This document shows positions 11,165 through 21,762 of a DNA stretch of 64,000 nucleotides, one piece after another; position 1 is the stretch's first letter; each line of letters begins with the position of its first letter. A program made the translations under genes and the position numbers. Origin of the DNA: an uncultured Pseudomonadota bacterium (lineage in GTDB: Bacteria > Pseudomonadota > Alphaproteobacteria > RF32 > CAG-239). The notes under the pieces are model-generated. The model did not search any database. It saw nothing but the letters and a program-made list of their open reading frames with translations, and was not told the DNA's origin. The stretch spans positions 6,214-70,213 of the forward strand of contig CAMRWU010000002.1 in assembly GCA_947054505.1 (NCBI GenBank), given 5' to 3'.

Positions 11165-11942
11165 CGACTGTTCTCTGTGGGCGGCTAACTATGTGGCTTA
11201 TAAAATAAAAGCTTTTCACCCGACCCCCAAAAAACCTTTTATATTGGGTTTGCCGACCGGTTCAACCCCTTTGGGAATGTACGCAGAATTAATCAAAATG
11301 TATCAGGCCGGAAAACTTTCTTTCGAAAATGTCGTCACATTTAACATGGATGAATACATAGGCCTCCCCCCTGACCATCCGCAAAGTTATCATCACTTTA
11401 TGCATGAAAACTTCTTCAAACACATTAACATTCCGCAAGCCAACATCCACATGCTCAACGGCATGACCAAAGATTACGCTCTAGAATGTCAAAACTACGA
11501 AGAAACCATCAAACGATACGGTAAAATTCACCTTTTCATCGGCGGTGTCGGTGCAGACGGACATATCGCCTTTAATGAACCGGGGTCTTCTTTATCTTCT
11601 CGCACACGCGTCAAGACCTTGACCAATGATACAATTAAAGCCAATTCCCGCTTTTTTGAAAACGATGAAGATAAAGTACCGACGACGGCACTGACCGTTG
11701 GCGTTGGAACCATCATGGATGCCGAAGAAGTTATGATTCTGGCAACCGGAGCCGCCAAAGCCCGCGCTTTGCATCATGCTGTGGAAGGTAGCATCAATCA
11801 TATGTGGCCGGTCAGCATCCTGCAAATGCACCAACACGGTATTATTGTCTGTGACGAAGCCGCCACCAATGAACTCAAAGCAGACACCGTCAGATATTTC
11901 AAGGAAATTGAAAATCAAGCCCTCAAAGGAATAAAAAAATAA
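11136..11942 (+). CDS. nagB: glucosamine-6-phosphate deaminase
   Basis: 268 aa; LGLPTGSTP and [16 protein letters not shown] motifs typical of NagB. Confidence 0.85.
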   Translation: MRVIIKNDYSDCSLWAANYVAYKIKAFHPTPKKPFILGLPTGSTPLGMYAELIKMYQAGKLSFENVVTFNMDEYIGLPPDHPQSYHHFMHENFFKHINIPQANIHMLNGMTKDYALECQNYEETIKRYGKIHLFIGGVGADGHIAFNEPGSSLSSRTRVKTLTNDTIKANSRFFENDEDKVPTTALTVGVGTIMDAEEVMILATGAAKARALHHAVEGSINHMWPVSILQMHQHGIIVCDEAATNELKADTVRYFKEIENQALKGIKK

Positions 11943-12017
11943 ATTTATTTTGACACTTCCGATGATTAAGTCTAACATATTAACGTTAATGCTGAAAACA
12001 ATATAGAGGATAATCTT

Positions 12018-12878
12018 ATGTTAAAGACAATTGCTGATTCCTATAAGCTCTTTTTTAGAAAATTTCCGATCATTGTGCTTTACGCTTTACCTTTGCTGGT
12101 TTTTAGCGCAATTGAAATTTTCTTTGAAAACCAAAATTCGGAAAATAAAGGTGTTTATTACTTCCTACTCCTGTCATCATATTTGATTCCGTTGGTCAGT
12201 GCCGGAGTAGATGTTGCTTTGTATAAACGTCTTTTAGGCATTAAAAAAGTCAATCCGCTTCAACCGTTCAAAACATATTTCAGCTACTTTTTTGTTCAGT
12301 TGGGCATCGGCTTAATCGCGGTTATTCCGCTTCACGCCATATTTTACATCCTCAACTTAAACAGCGGCCCGACTTTGGGACATCTTGTTATCGCTCTTGT
12401 TGTCAATATGTTCTTGGGAATTTATGTTTTAGCGCGTCTCAACCTTGTTTTGCCGCTCATTATTCAAAACAAACTCTTAAAGCTCAAAGATTTCATAGCA
12501 TTCAGCAGTGACAGCTACCTTAATTGGACAATCGTCGGCTTCTTAATCTACGGTCCGTTTTTGGTAAGCAATTATGTCATTGCCAATCCGTATGTCAACA
12601 CAATCATAACTAATCTTTGTATGCTGTTGTTTGTTTGCTTCAACACTACTTATGTTTTGAATCACAAAGTTAAAACACCAACCACGGTCAAAACTGTAGA
12701 GGAAGCACCTAAAAAAGAACCGGTAAAGAGTGCCAAACCCGTTGCCAAAAAAACACCGGCTAAAAAAATTGCCGCTCCCAAAACAGAAAGCAAAAAAGAA
12801 ACAGTCAAAAAATCGGCCGCAAAGAAGAAAACCTCTAAAAAGGCAACACCCCCTAAATTAAAACCGGTTACAGCATAA
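12018..12878 (+). CDS. membrane protein with C-terminal Lys/Pro/Ala-rich (histone-H1-like) tail
   Basis: several TM segments followed by a KKxxAKK low-complexity tail. Confidence 0.5.
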   Translation: MLKTIADSYKLFFRKFPIIVLYALPLLVFSAIEIFFENQNSENKGVYYFLLLSSYLIPLVSAGVDVALYKRLLGIKKVNPLQPFKTYFSYFFVQLGIGLIAVIPLHAIFYILNLNSGPTLGHLVIALVVNMFLGIYVLARLNLVLPLIIQNKLLKLKDFIAFSSDSYLNWTIVGFLIYGPFLVSNYVIANPYVNTIITNLCMLLFVCFNTTYVLNHKVKTPTTVKTVEEAPKKEPVKSAKPVAKKTPAKKIAAPKTESKKETVKKSAAKKKTSKKATPPKLKPVTA

Positions 12879-12888
12879 CGATCCATCC

Positions 12889-12916
12889 CAGCCCCGTTTA
12901 AGCGGGGCTTTTTTTA
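12889..12916 (+). terminator. rho-independent terminator
   Basis: GCCCCG-TTTAAG-CGGGGC followed by a T7 run. Confidence 0.6.
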
Positions 12917-13254
12917 CCCCTCTCTCATGACGCAAAAGTGCATGTTTTCGTCCCTAATTTGTGATATATTAATAATACAAACAATTATTATGGATAGTAT
13001 TAAAAAACCTTAGAGGATTTATAGGATTCATAGTAATTGTTTTTGAGATAAAACTATAAACACAAACCTCAACATAAACAACACTATGGAAACCAACACT
13101 TCTAACAACGAAAATTACAAGGACTTTGACAAAAACAGCTATAACGTAGAAGGCTATGATCGTGAAGGCGATGACGATGGTAACTGTGATTATAGAGTTT
13201 GGTAATAAGACTGCTATTTCCGCGGAGCAAAGAAAAACCTATCCTCTAACCGAG

Positions 13255-13288
13255 AAAACCACGCTTCCAAGCGTGGTTTTCTTTTTTA
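13255..13288 (+). terminator. rho-independent terminator
   Basis: CCACGCT-TCCA-AGCGTGG followed by a T-run, in the noncoding region between 12.9 and 13.4 kb. Confidence 0.5.
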
Positions 13289-13302
13289 TAGCTCATTCCC
13301 AT

Positions 13303-13332
13303 AAAAAAAGCCTCCCGTCGGAGGCTGTTTTA
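13303..13332. terminator. bidirectional terminator
   Basis: AGCCTCC-CGTCG-GAGGCT with A-run upstream and T-run downstream. Confidence 0.5.
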
Positions 13333-13401
13333 GTGCTATAAACATAAGTCAATAATTGTGCCAGTTATAGAGATTTTCAACTCAGAGCCGGCCGGAACTC
13401 T

Positions 13402-15084
13402 CTATTTGCGCCGTAAAAACGCTGGAATCTCCAAGTTCAATCTGTCTTCCTGACGAAAGTCTTCATTTGTAAAAGACGGAGATACGGGCTCCTGCACGCG
13501 TTCCATTTCTTTTTGTTTTTTACGGTTTCTTTTAGCAATGGAAAAACCGGTAACACGCTCAATCAATGTTGGTGTGTATTCCTCTTCTTCATCATCGCTG
13601 ACAATTAATTTTTCCATTTCCTCAGCCTTGCGCGAAGCAACCGGCATCGGATTATGATTCGGGAATAATTCAGGCTCTTCCTCAACCACACGCAACGTAC
13701 TCTTTGCCTTAAAAACATTCTCGTTTGAAGACAGAGCATTTTCCAGTTGAGATGCCTCATCATCAGGTTTATTAATAATTGCCTTAAACAAAGAAGATGC
13801 GTTCGGCATTTCCTCTATAATTGCTGATTTTTCAAGCGTATCAAAGTCAGCAAAACGGGCTTTTGGTTCCTCCTCAACAGAAACCGCAGAAACAACAGCC
13901 TCCTCATTCATTCTGTCTTGCAAGTTAGCAACAGTGGCAGTCTCAATAATATCCTCAACCTCTGAAGCAGCATTTTCTTTCAGAGCAGAGAAAGCTTCCA
14001 AATTAGATGCAACTGTCTCGTTGGAAGCTGACGAAACAACAGTATTCTGCACATAGCTCTCAGCAATTTCCTTTGCTGTCGGACGAGCCGGCACCGGCTG
14101 ACGAACAATATTCTGTCCATCAATACCCGTAGCCACAATTGAAACCCGAATTTTACCTTCTAACGTATCATCAAAGCTGGAACCGAAAATGATATTGGCA
14201 TCTTCGTCAACTTCTTCTTTGATACGGCTGGCAGCCTCATCGATTTCAAACAACGTAATATCGGAACCACCGGTAATATTAATCAACACACCTTTAGCCC
14301 CGTGCATGGAACAATCATCGAGCAACGGATTTGACAAAGCCTGTTCGGCAGCTTTGATGGCTCTGTTCTCACCTTCGGCCTCACCGGTACCCATAATGGC
14401 TTTACCCTTATCTTCCATAATAGACTTGATATCGGCAAAATCCAAGTTAATCAGCCCCGGCATCAACATCAAGTCGGTAATAGAGCGTACACCGGCATAC
14501 AAAACATTGTCCGCCATAACAAACGCATCAGCCAAAGTCGTCTTTTTATCGGCAATTCTAAACAAATTCTGGTTAGGAATGATAATGATACTATCAACTT
14601 CTTTAGTAAAATTCTCAACAGCGCTCTCTGCTGTTTCATAGCGCTTACGCCCCTCAAACTGGAATGGCTTTGTGACCACGCCGACCGTCAAAATCCCTTT
14701 TTGTTTGGCAAGTTTAGCCACAACAGGAGCCGCACCGGACCCTGTACCACCACCCATGCCGGCAGTAATAAACACCATATTGGCACCATCAAGCTCGCGC
14801 TCAATCTCTTCTCTGGCTTCTTCAGCGGCCGCTTTACCGACTTCCGGACGAGCACCGGCACCAAGCCCCTGTGTTGTTTCCAAACCGAGTTGAATTTTAC
14901 GGCTGGCTGTTGAATTTTCCAAAGCCTGAGCATCAGTGTTTGCAACAATAAAGTCCACACCTTCCAGATTCTGCGCAATCATATTGTTAACGGCATTACC
15001 GCCGCCGCCACCGACACCGATAACGGAAATCCGCGGCTTCAAATGCATAACAGTCTTTTCTGGAACGGCTAACTTAATTGACAT
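13402..15084 (-). CDS. ftsZ: cell division protein FtsZ (long C-terminal linker)
   Basis: GGGTGSG tubulin signature, long acidic linker and conserved C-terminal peptide (IPAFLRRK); start reset to ATG 15084 with GGGAG RBS (track start is TTG). Confidence 0.9.
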   Translation of the reverse strand: MSIKLAVPEKTVMHLKPRISVIGVGGGGGNAVNNMIAQNLEGVDFIVANTDAQALENSTASRKIQLGLETTQGLGAGARPEVGKAAAEEAREEIERELDGANMVFITAGMGGGTGSGAAPVVAKLAKQKGILTVGVVTKPFQFEGRKRYETAESAVENFTKEVDSIIIIPNQNLFRIADKKTTLADAFVMADNVLYAGVRSITDLMLMPGLINLDFADIKSIMEDKGKAIMGTGEAEGENRAIKAAEQALSNPLLDDCSMHGAKGVLINITGGSDITLFEIDEAASRIKEEVDEDANIIFGSSFDDTLEGKIRVSIVATGIDGQNIVRQPVPARPTAKEIAESYVQNTVVSSASNETVASNLEAFSALKENAASEVEDIIETATVANLQDRMNEEAVVSAVSVEEEPKARFADFDTLEKSAIIEEMPNASSLFKAIINKPDDEASQLENALSSNENVFKAKSTLRVVEEEPELFPNHNPMPVASRKAEEMEKLIVSDDEEEEYTPTLIERVTGFSIAKRNRKKQKEMERVQEPVSPSFTNEDFRQEDRLNLEIPAFLRRK

Positions 15085-15183
15085 GGTATTTTTCACTCCC
15101 AAATTCCATTAATTATTCTATTGCCTATAGGATAATTAAAATAAATTAAGGTTTAGTTACCAAGCAAGTATTTTTTATAGATA

Positions 15184-16443
15184 TCAGAAATTATTTTTAA
15201 ACCAGCCGAAAATTTTTCCCAATCCGCCGGAAGCATTTCCGTGAACCGCCTTATTGACAATCTTTCCCGGCTTTTTTTCTGTATAATTCATAGCAAAAAG
15301 CAACAAACCGATACAGGTTGAAAACGACGGATCATACAAACTGTCCGGCAAATTCAAAACATTTTTAGGGTGTCCCAAACGCACTTGTTTATCCAGCACC
15401 ATGGATGCCACCTCACGCACACCGGAAAGTTGGGACGCACCGCCGGTCAACACAACTCTGTGGCTTGAAATATCACGTAAACCGACTTCCGCCAGCTTTT
15501 TATTAACAATCTCGAAAGTCTCTTCGATTCTCGGTGTAATAATGCTGATAAGTTCGGCTCTGGGAATCTGCTTAATACAACTGTCATCCTCCTCACCGAC
15601 CGGATAAACATTGATGGTTTCTTCCTTGTCTTGTGAAGTCAAAAAAGCACAACCATGCAAGGTTTTCAAACGCTCGGCATGAGAAAAAGAAGTTGTCAGC
15701 CCATAGGCAATATCATTTGTCACATTATTACCGCCGACCGGCAAAGAACTGAAGTAGATGGGAAAGCCATGCTGAAAACAAGCAATGGAGGTCGTACCGC
15801 CGCCCATATCGATAACCGTCGCCCCCAACTCTTTTTCATCGTCGACCAAGCAGGCCATACCGGAAGCATAAGATGAGAAAGCCTTGCCGGCAATCTCCAA
15901 ATGAGCATTTTCAATAACCGTCGAAACATTGCGAAACATAATATCGGGAACCAACCCCAATAATATATCCACAGACAACGTTTCTCCGAAAATATTGCGA
16001 GGATCTTTGATGTTTTCACCTCCGTCGAGCCGATAATTGGTCGGCAGACAATGAATCAACTCACATCCCTCGACATTGATTTTGTGTATTCCTTTTTCAA
16101 TAACTTTGGTTAAATCATTCTCATTAACAGCCCGATTCTTATTCAAAGGAATTGACGAATTTTTCACTACACTGCGAATTTTATCACCGGCAATGTTGAC
16201 AATAACGCGATCAATACGCTCATTTGCCATCTGCTCGGCGGCTTCCACGGCATTACAAACCGACAGGGTCGCCTTATTGATATCCGTCACGATACCGTTT
16301 TTAATCCCCCTGGAAGCATTATAGCCATACCCCACAACGTTAATCCGATTATCACGCCCGACTTTGGCAATAACACAACAAACTTTGGATGAACCGATAT
16401 CCAAAGCGGCAATAGTCGAAACCCGATTAAATGAATGTGGCAA
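15184..16443 (-). CDS. ftsA: cell division protein FtsA
   Basis: actin-like ATPase; IDIGSSK and DMGGGTT motifs; dcw gene order. Confidence 0.85.
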   Translation of the reverse strand: MPHSFNRVSTIAALDIGSSKVCCVIAKVGRDNRINVVGYGYNASRGIKNGIVTDINKATLSVCNAVEAAEQMANERIDRVIVNIAGDKIRSVVKNSSIPLNKNRAVNENDLTKVIEKGIHKINVEGCELIHCLPTNYRLDGGENIKDPRNIFGETLSVDILLGLVPDIMFRNVSTVIENAHLEIAGKAFSSYASGMACLVDDEKELGATVIDMGGGTTSIACFQHGFPIYFSSLPVGGNNVTNDIAYGLTTSFSHAERLKTLHGCAFLTSQDKEETINVYPVGEEDDSCIKQIPRAELISIITPRIEETFEIVNKKLAEVGLRDISSHRVVLTGGASQLSGVREVASMVLDKQVRLGHPKNVLNLPDSLYDPSFSTCIGLLLFAMNYTEKKPGKIVNKAVHGNASGGLGKIFGWFKNNF

Positions 16444-16459
16444 GGTTCACTCCTCTGGC

Positions 16460-17350
16460 TCAAATGTTTCTTTCTGTTCCCCGCCGTAACTCAACCGGCG
16501 GCTCTCCTTTTGTTTTGCGTAGTTTCACAATAACCTTATCTGGTAATCTTAAATCAATTATGGTTAATTTACGTTTAAGAAGTCCCTTGGTTTTATCTAA
16601 ATTTAACATTTTTTTCCATGCTTTGGCAATCCCTTCGTCGGGAAGCTTTATTGTCACACCGCTGACAATATCATCCAAAATAAGATTCCAACGACGACCG
16701 GCAATAAAATTAGCAACTTTAATACGCTTCAAATACTCGGGATTGGTATCGTTAACAACGGCAAGCAACTCGCTTAAATGTTCCGGCGCCTGAGCACCGA
16801 CTATCAACAAAATAGGCTCTCTCGTTCGAAAATCTGCATGAATGACTTTTCCGTCCTCATCCAAAGGATAAAACTTTTCATTCAACTGCCAAATTGCCGC
16901 CACCTGTTTTTCCTCTAAAGTGATATTCAAAATATTAGGGAAAAATCCGCGCCCCACATCCGCACTTTTCACCCACGGCAACTGTTCCAAACTGTGTTTG
17001 ATGGCATAAACATCCATCTTTAACATATTGTCACCGCGTGTCACTCCAACGGCCAATTCCAACTCTGTCTTTGTCGTCCGCTGTCGTCCGGTCACAATAA
17101 TGTCATCAAGTGTCAAACCTTGCTCTCCGGCCCAAAGATAAAAATCCTCCGTCAGACCCTGAATACGTTTGTTCACCAAATCGTTCTTCAAGGTCAGAAT
17201 AACTGCCGCAACCAACAAAATAACCCCCAGCATCAACAGGTTTCCTAATAGCCGAAACGGCCACTCCCGTTCCAAGCAAACAACATTGGACACTGGTTGT
17301 ATAAGAGGCTCATCAACTCCGGAAGATTGATTTTCAGGCTTTGCAGACAT
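16460..17350 (-). CDS. ftsQ: cell division protein FtsQ/DivIB
   Basis: single N-terminal TM then POTRA-like region; sits between murB and ftsA. Confidence 0.7.
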   Translation of the reverse strand: MSAKPENQSSGVDEPLIQPVSNVVCLEREWPFRLLGNLLMLGVILLVAAVILTLKNDLVNKRIQGLTEDFYLWAGEQGLTLDDIIVTGRQRTTKTELELAVGVTRGDNMLKMDVYAIKHSLEQLPWVKSADVGRGFFPNILNITLEEKQVAAIWQLNEKFYPLDEDGKVIHADFRTREPILLIVGAQAPEHLSELLAVVNDTNPEYLKRIKVANFIAGRRWNLILDDIVSGVTIKLPDEGIAKAWKKMLNLDKTKGLLKRKLTIIDLRLPDKVIVKLRKTKGEPPVELRRGTERNI

Positions 17351-17352
17351 CG

Positions 17353-18282
17353 TTATTTACGCACACCCATTCTCTTGACTTCCCATTCCAGCGTAATGGA
17401 GGTCTCATCCCTGACACGGGCAACAATCGTTTCTCCAAGTTCTTCAATATCTGCCGCAGTAGCATGACCGGTATTCACTAAAAAATTGCAATGTTTATCA
17501 GAAACCTTTGCTCCGTTAACCTGCAATTCCGCACATCCGGACTTTTTAATCAACTCCCACGCGCGCAATCCCTCCGGATTTTTAAACGTCGATCCGGCCG
17601 TCCGAACATTATGCGGCTGACTTTTCATACGATACGCTTTTTGCTCTTCAATAATTTTCTGTGTTTGCTCCGGCGACTGCGGTTCGGTCTTTAATGTCAA
17701 TGCTGTGATAATCCAATCATCAGGAAACAAACTTGAACGATACCCCAATGACAAATCTGATGCCGGAACATCTCGGATATTTCCCATCTCATCAACAATC
17801 GTCACCTTAAGCAAAACATCTTTAATCTCTTTGCCAAAACATCCGGCATTGGTTTTAATCGAACCGCCGAGATGCCCCGGAATAGAACACAAAAATTCCA
17901 ACCCGCCAACGGCATTAGACAACATTATCTTTTTCAATTCAGAATTACGCATACCGGCACCGCAAGTTAAAATACCGTCCTGCAATTGATGTTTTTTATA
18001 AAATTTACTGTCCAACTTAACAACCACCCCGGGAACTCCACCGTCTCGCACCAAAAGGTTGGAACCTCCGCCGATAACAGAAACCGGAAGATTATACGGT
18101 TTATTTTTCAAAAATGCGGACAAATCCTCATCATCTTCGGGATAAAACATAACTTCTGCCGGCCCTCCGACCCCAAGCCATGTATGTTTGGAGAGTAAAA
18201 CATTGCACTTATATTTTCCACGAACTTCCGGCAATAAATCCACCAGATTATTTTTACGAGCTTTCAAACCAAACATAGTCAC
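17353..18282 (-). CDS. murB: UDP-N-acetylenolpyruvoylglucosamine reductase
   Basis: FAD-binding GGGSN motif; dcw context. Confidence 0.8.
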   Translation of the reverse strand: MTMFGLKARKNNLVDLLPEVRGKYKCNVLLSKHTWLGVGGPAEVMFYPEDDEDLSAFLKNKPYNLPVSVIGGGSNLLVRDGGVPGVVVKLDSKFYKKHQLQDGILTCGAGMRNSELKKIMLSNAVGGLEFLCSIPGHLGGSIKTNAGCFGKEIKDVLLKVTIVDEMGNIRDVPASDLSLGYRSSLFPDDWIITALTLKTEPQSPEQTQKIIEEQKAYRMKSQPHNVRTAGSTFKNPEGLRAWELIKKSGCAELQVNGAKVSDKHCNFLVNTGHATAADIEELGETIVARVRDETSITLEWEVKRMGVRK

Positions 18283-18293
18283 CTCCTGAAGTT

Positions 18294-19409
18294 TTATTGA
18301 CGGATAATTTCTTTCTCTATAGCATCGGCCAATCTCTCTGCCGCATTTTTTATACCAGCTTTTCTGGCATTGTCTGACATCTTTTGCAATTGCTCGGGAG
18401 CCAGAAAAACATCTTCAACAATTTTTTGAAGTCTCTCTGCCGTAAAATCCTTTTGCTTTATCGCAAAACCGGCTCCGGCATCTACCAACTCTTTAGCATT
18501 TGACGTTTGATGATCATCAGCGGCTGTCGGCAACGGAACCAAAACCGAAGGCACACCGGCAACAGCAATTTCACAAACGGAAGACGCCCCCGCCCGTGTT
18601 ATAATCAAATGCGTCTGGCTGTACAACTCGGCCATATTATCAAAGAAAGAACGCACCTCAACCTGACAAGCAACATTTTTATAAGCTTCTCGCACGGCAT
18701 CTTCCTCTCCTTTACGGCATTGCTGAAAAACAACCATCCTTTTTTGAAGCTTCTCATCCAACTGACTGATTGCCTGCGGAACAACCTCGCCAAAAACTTT
18801 TGCTCCCTGCGATCCCCCCAAAACCATAATCTGCATTTTTCCGTCATTTGACAAACCGACAAATTGTTGTTTTGCCAAATCAACAATTGCCGAACGAACG
18901 GGCATTCCGGTCAGAACAGACTTAACCCCCGATGGCGCATATTTAGTCTTGCGAAAACTTTGTGCAATCAACGAGGCATATTTACTCAAAAAACGATTGG
19001 TACGGCTCATAACAGAATTCTGTTCATGAATGATTAAACTCACACCGGACAACAACGCCGCCATACACGCCGGAAATGAGGCATACCCTCCAAAACCGAC
19101 AACACAAGCAGGTTTTTCTCTTAACAAAATCCATCCGGCCTGCAACACACCGACACCCGTTTTCAGCAAACTCTTAACCTTAAACAACTTCGACTTTCCG
19201 ACCAACGCTCCGGATAAAACGGCATAATTATCAATCTGCCCCAGCTTGCCTTTATAATTATCCTTTCCGCGCCCATCAGTAATCAATGCCAAACGATACC
19301 CGCGTTTTTCCAGCTCTTCCGCCAGAGCTTCTGCCGGATACACATGGCCGCCGGTTCCGCCCGCCGTTAACAGTACTAAAGGCTTGGATTGTTTTTTAAC
19401 TGTTTTCAT
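18294..19409 (-). CDS. murG: UDP-GlcNAc:undecaprenyl-PP-MurNAc-pentapeptide GlcNAc transferase
   Basis: GT28 fold; N-terminal GGTGGHVYPA motif. Confidence 0.85.
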   Translation of the reverse strand: MKTVKKQSKPLVLLTAGGTGGHVYPAEALAEELEKRGYRLALITDGRGKDNYKGKLGQIDNYAVLSGALVGKSKLFKVKSLLKTGVGVLQAGWILLREKPACVVGFGGYASFPACMAALLSGVSLIIHEQNSVMSRTNRFLSKYASLIAQSFRKTKYAPSGVKSVLTGMPVRSAIVDLAKQQFVGLSNDGKMQIMVLGGSQGAKVFGEVVPQAISQLDEKLQKRMVVFQQCRKGEEDAVREAYKNVACQVEVRSFFDNMAELYSQTHLIITRAGASSVCEIAVAGVPSVLVPLPTAADDHQTSNAKELVDAGAGFAIKQKDFTAERLQKIVEDVFLAPEQLQKMSDNARKAGIKNAAERLADAIEKEIIRQ

Positions 19410-20529
19410 CTTTATCCTCCGCATGAACATTTTTGCGTGTAATCGCCAAAAGCATTCCCACCCCGAAAGCCGTCGCCAATAATGACGACCCTCCGTATGA
19501 AATAAATGGCAACGTCATCCCCTTTGTCGGCATCAAATGCAACGTTGATGCCATATTAATAATCCCCTGCAATCCAAAACTGGCGGCCAAACCGGACGAT
19601 GCCATAACAATAAACAAATTGTTATCACGACTTGATATCAACATCGCCCTAATAACCACACAAGCATATAACGCAACAATCAACAAACACAACAACAAAC
19701 CATATTCTTCCGCCGCCACGGCAAAAATAAAATCGGTATGCGCATCGGGAATATGCATCTTAACCACACCTTCCCCCGGTCCCATTCCAAATAAATTACC
19801 GTTTTGAAAAGCATCTAATGATTTACGCACTTGATAGCTCAAATTATTTTCCGATGCCAAAAATTGCTGTACACGAACTTGCACATGCGGAAAAATAAAA
19901 TAAGCCGCCACCAAAGAACACAAACCGGCACCACCCAAAATCAACACCAAAACCATCGGCAATCCGGCCAAAAAGAATTGAAACAACCAAATTGTGCTCA
20001 CAACAATAGACATACCGACATCCGGTTGCAACAACAACAACAACAACGTAAAACCAAACAAACCGATGGACAACGCATTCCCCGGAAAATCGCGATACCT
20101 TTTTTGCCCGTCAAACAACCATGCTGCCACCACAATAAAAGTCGGCTTAATAAACTCTGACGGTTGCAAAGAAAAACCCAAAATCCTGATCCACCGTGAC
20201 GCCCCTTTGGTTTCTTCTCCCCAAAACAGTGTCATAATCATCAAGATAATGGTAACAATATAACCGACAATCGCCGTCCGTCTGATTTCCTTAAGCCCCT
20301 GCATGGACAAGAAAATCATCAAAGCATACGCCAGAGGCAAAAAGAATAATTGTCTTTTAATAAAATGAAAACTTCCGACCCCAATACGATTGGCCACCGC
20401 CGGACTGGCTGAAAAGTTCAGAAAAACGCCGATAGCAATAATCAGCGTTATCATTGTCAACAAGACCTTATCAACCGTCCACCACCAATTGGCGGCTATA
20501 CTGCGACTATTTCGGGAAAAAGCAATCAC
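19396..20529 (-). CDS. ftsW: peptidoglycan glycosyltransferase FtsW (SEDS family)
   Basis: 10-TM SEDS protein with PESHTDFIFAVAAEE-like region (PDAHTDFIFAVAAEE). Confidence 0.85.
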   Translation of the reverse strand: MIAFSRNSRSIAANWWWTVDKVLLTMITLIIAIGVFLNFSASPAVANRIGVGSFHFIKRQLFFLPLAYALMIFLSMQGLKEIRRTAIVGYIVTIILMIMTLFWGEETKGASRWIRILGFSLQPSEFIKPTFIVVAAWLFDGQKRYRDFPGNALSIGLFGFTLLLLLLQPDVGMSIVVSTIWLFQFFLAGLPMVLVLILGGAGLCSLVAAYFIFPHVQVRVQQFLASENNLSYQVRKSLDAFQNGNLFGMGPGEGVVKMHIPDAHTDFIFAVAAEEYGLLLCLLIVALYACVVIRAMLISSRDNNLFIVMASSGLAASFGLQGIINMASTLHLMPTKGMTLPFISYGGSSLLATAFGVGMLLAITRKNVHAEDKDENS

Positions 20530-20541
20530 CCAAACCTCCCT

Positions 20542-21696
20542 TTACTTTGTCTGCAAAGCCAATAAACCGATAACGACCAATACAGCGGCCACAACCCAAA
20601 AACGAATAACCACCCGAGTTTCCGGCCATCCCAATTGTTCAAAATGATGATGTATCGGAGCCATCTTGAAAAATCTTTTACCGCCGGTTCGCTTAAAATA
20701 AGCCACTTGAATCATAACCGACAAAGCTTCCACAACAAACACACCGCCGACAATCGCCAGCAAAATCTCCTGTTTGACCATAACGGCGATTACCCCCAAT
20801 AAACCACCCAAAGCCAGAGATCCCGTATCCCCCATAAACACCTTAGCCGGCGCGGCATTAAACCACAAAAATCCCAAACACCCGCCGATAACTGCCGCAC
20901 AAACGACGGAAATTTCCGCAGCCCGTGAGACCGGAGCCAGATAGAAGAATGAAACCAAATCCGACCCGCAAATATAAGCAACAATCATAAAGAACAACAA
21001 AGCCGCGATCATCAAACCGGAAGCCAAACCGTCCAAACCATCACTTAAATTAACGGCATTGGACGCACCGACAATAACCACCATGGCAAAAGGTATATAA
21101 AACCAGCATAAATTGATACTTAAATTAACAAAATAAGGAATATTCAAAACGAAACGACTGTCTTCCGGCGTCTCATAACTGACCACCGCCACTGCGATTA
21201 ATGCCGTCGCAAACTGCAAAAACAGCTTCATTTTCGCAGACATGGCATTTGCCGTATTTTTTGTAACCTTAACATAATCGTCAACAAAACCGACAAAACC
21301 ATAAACCAATAAAACGACAATGGCAATCCACACCCAAGGATCCGTCAAATCACAACATAACAACATAGAAAGAACCGAACTTCCCAAAATCAGCAAACCG
21401 CCCATCGTCGGCGTTCCTTTTTTGGTCAACAAATGCGACTGCGGCCCATCCTCGCGAATAGGCTGTCCCTTACCTTGATGAGCCCGCAAAAAATTAATCA
21501 GACGTTCGCCATATGACAAAGACAAAATCAAGGCAATAAAAAAGGCCAAAAACACTCTGGTATAAACGGTATTCAAATATTCTGGAAAAGAAAAACTGTT
21601 AAAAAGATATTGCAACATCGGAAAATTCCAAATTCTAGAGTTAAATTTGTATTGAGTATAAGCGCCAAAATCTAAAAAGAGTCTTAAATTCCGCAA
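20542..21696 (-). CDS. mraY: phospho-N-acetylmuramoyl-pentapeptide transferase MraY
   Basis: polytopic membrane protein with MraY motifs (DDxxD-like VDDYVK, NAVNLSDGLDGLA); true start probably ~21618. Confidence 0.85.
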   Translation of the reverse strand: MRNLRLFLDFGAYTQYKFNSRIWNFPMLQYLFNSFSFPEYLNTVYTRVFLAFFIALILSLSYGERLINFLRAHQGKGQPIREDGPQSHLLTKKGTPTMGGLLILGSSVLSMLLCCDLTDPWVWIAIVVLLVYGFVGFVDDYVKVTKNTANAMSAKMKLFLQFATALIAVAVVSYETPEDSRFVLNIPYFVNLSINLCWFYIPFAMVVIVGASNAVNLSDGLDGLASGLMIAALLFFMIVAYICGSDLVSFFYLAPVSRAAEISVVCAAVIGGCLGFLWFNAAPAKVFMGDTGSLALGGLLGVIAVMVKQEILLAIVGGVFVVEALSVMIQVAYFKRTGGKRFFKMAPIHHHFEQLGWPETRVVIRFWVVAAVLVVIGLLALQTK

Positions 21697-21762
21697 AATA
21701 ATTTGCCGACTTGCATTTATATTTTTTTATTGTTACATTAGCGGCAAAAGAAAGGATTTACC

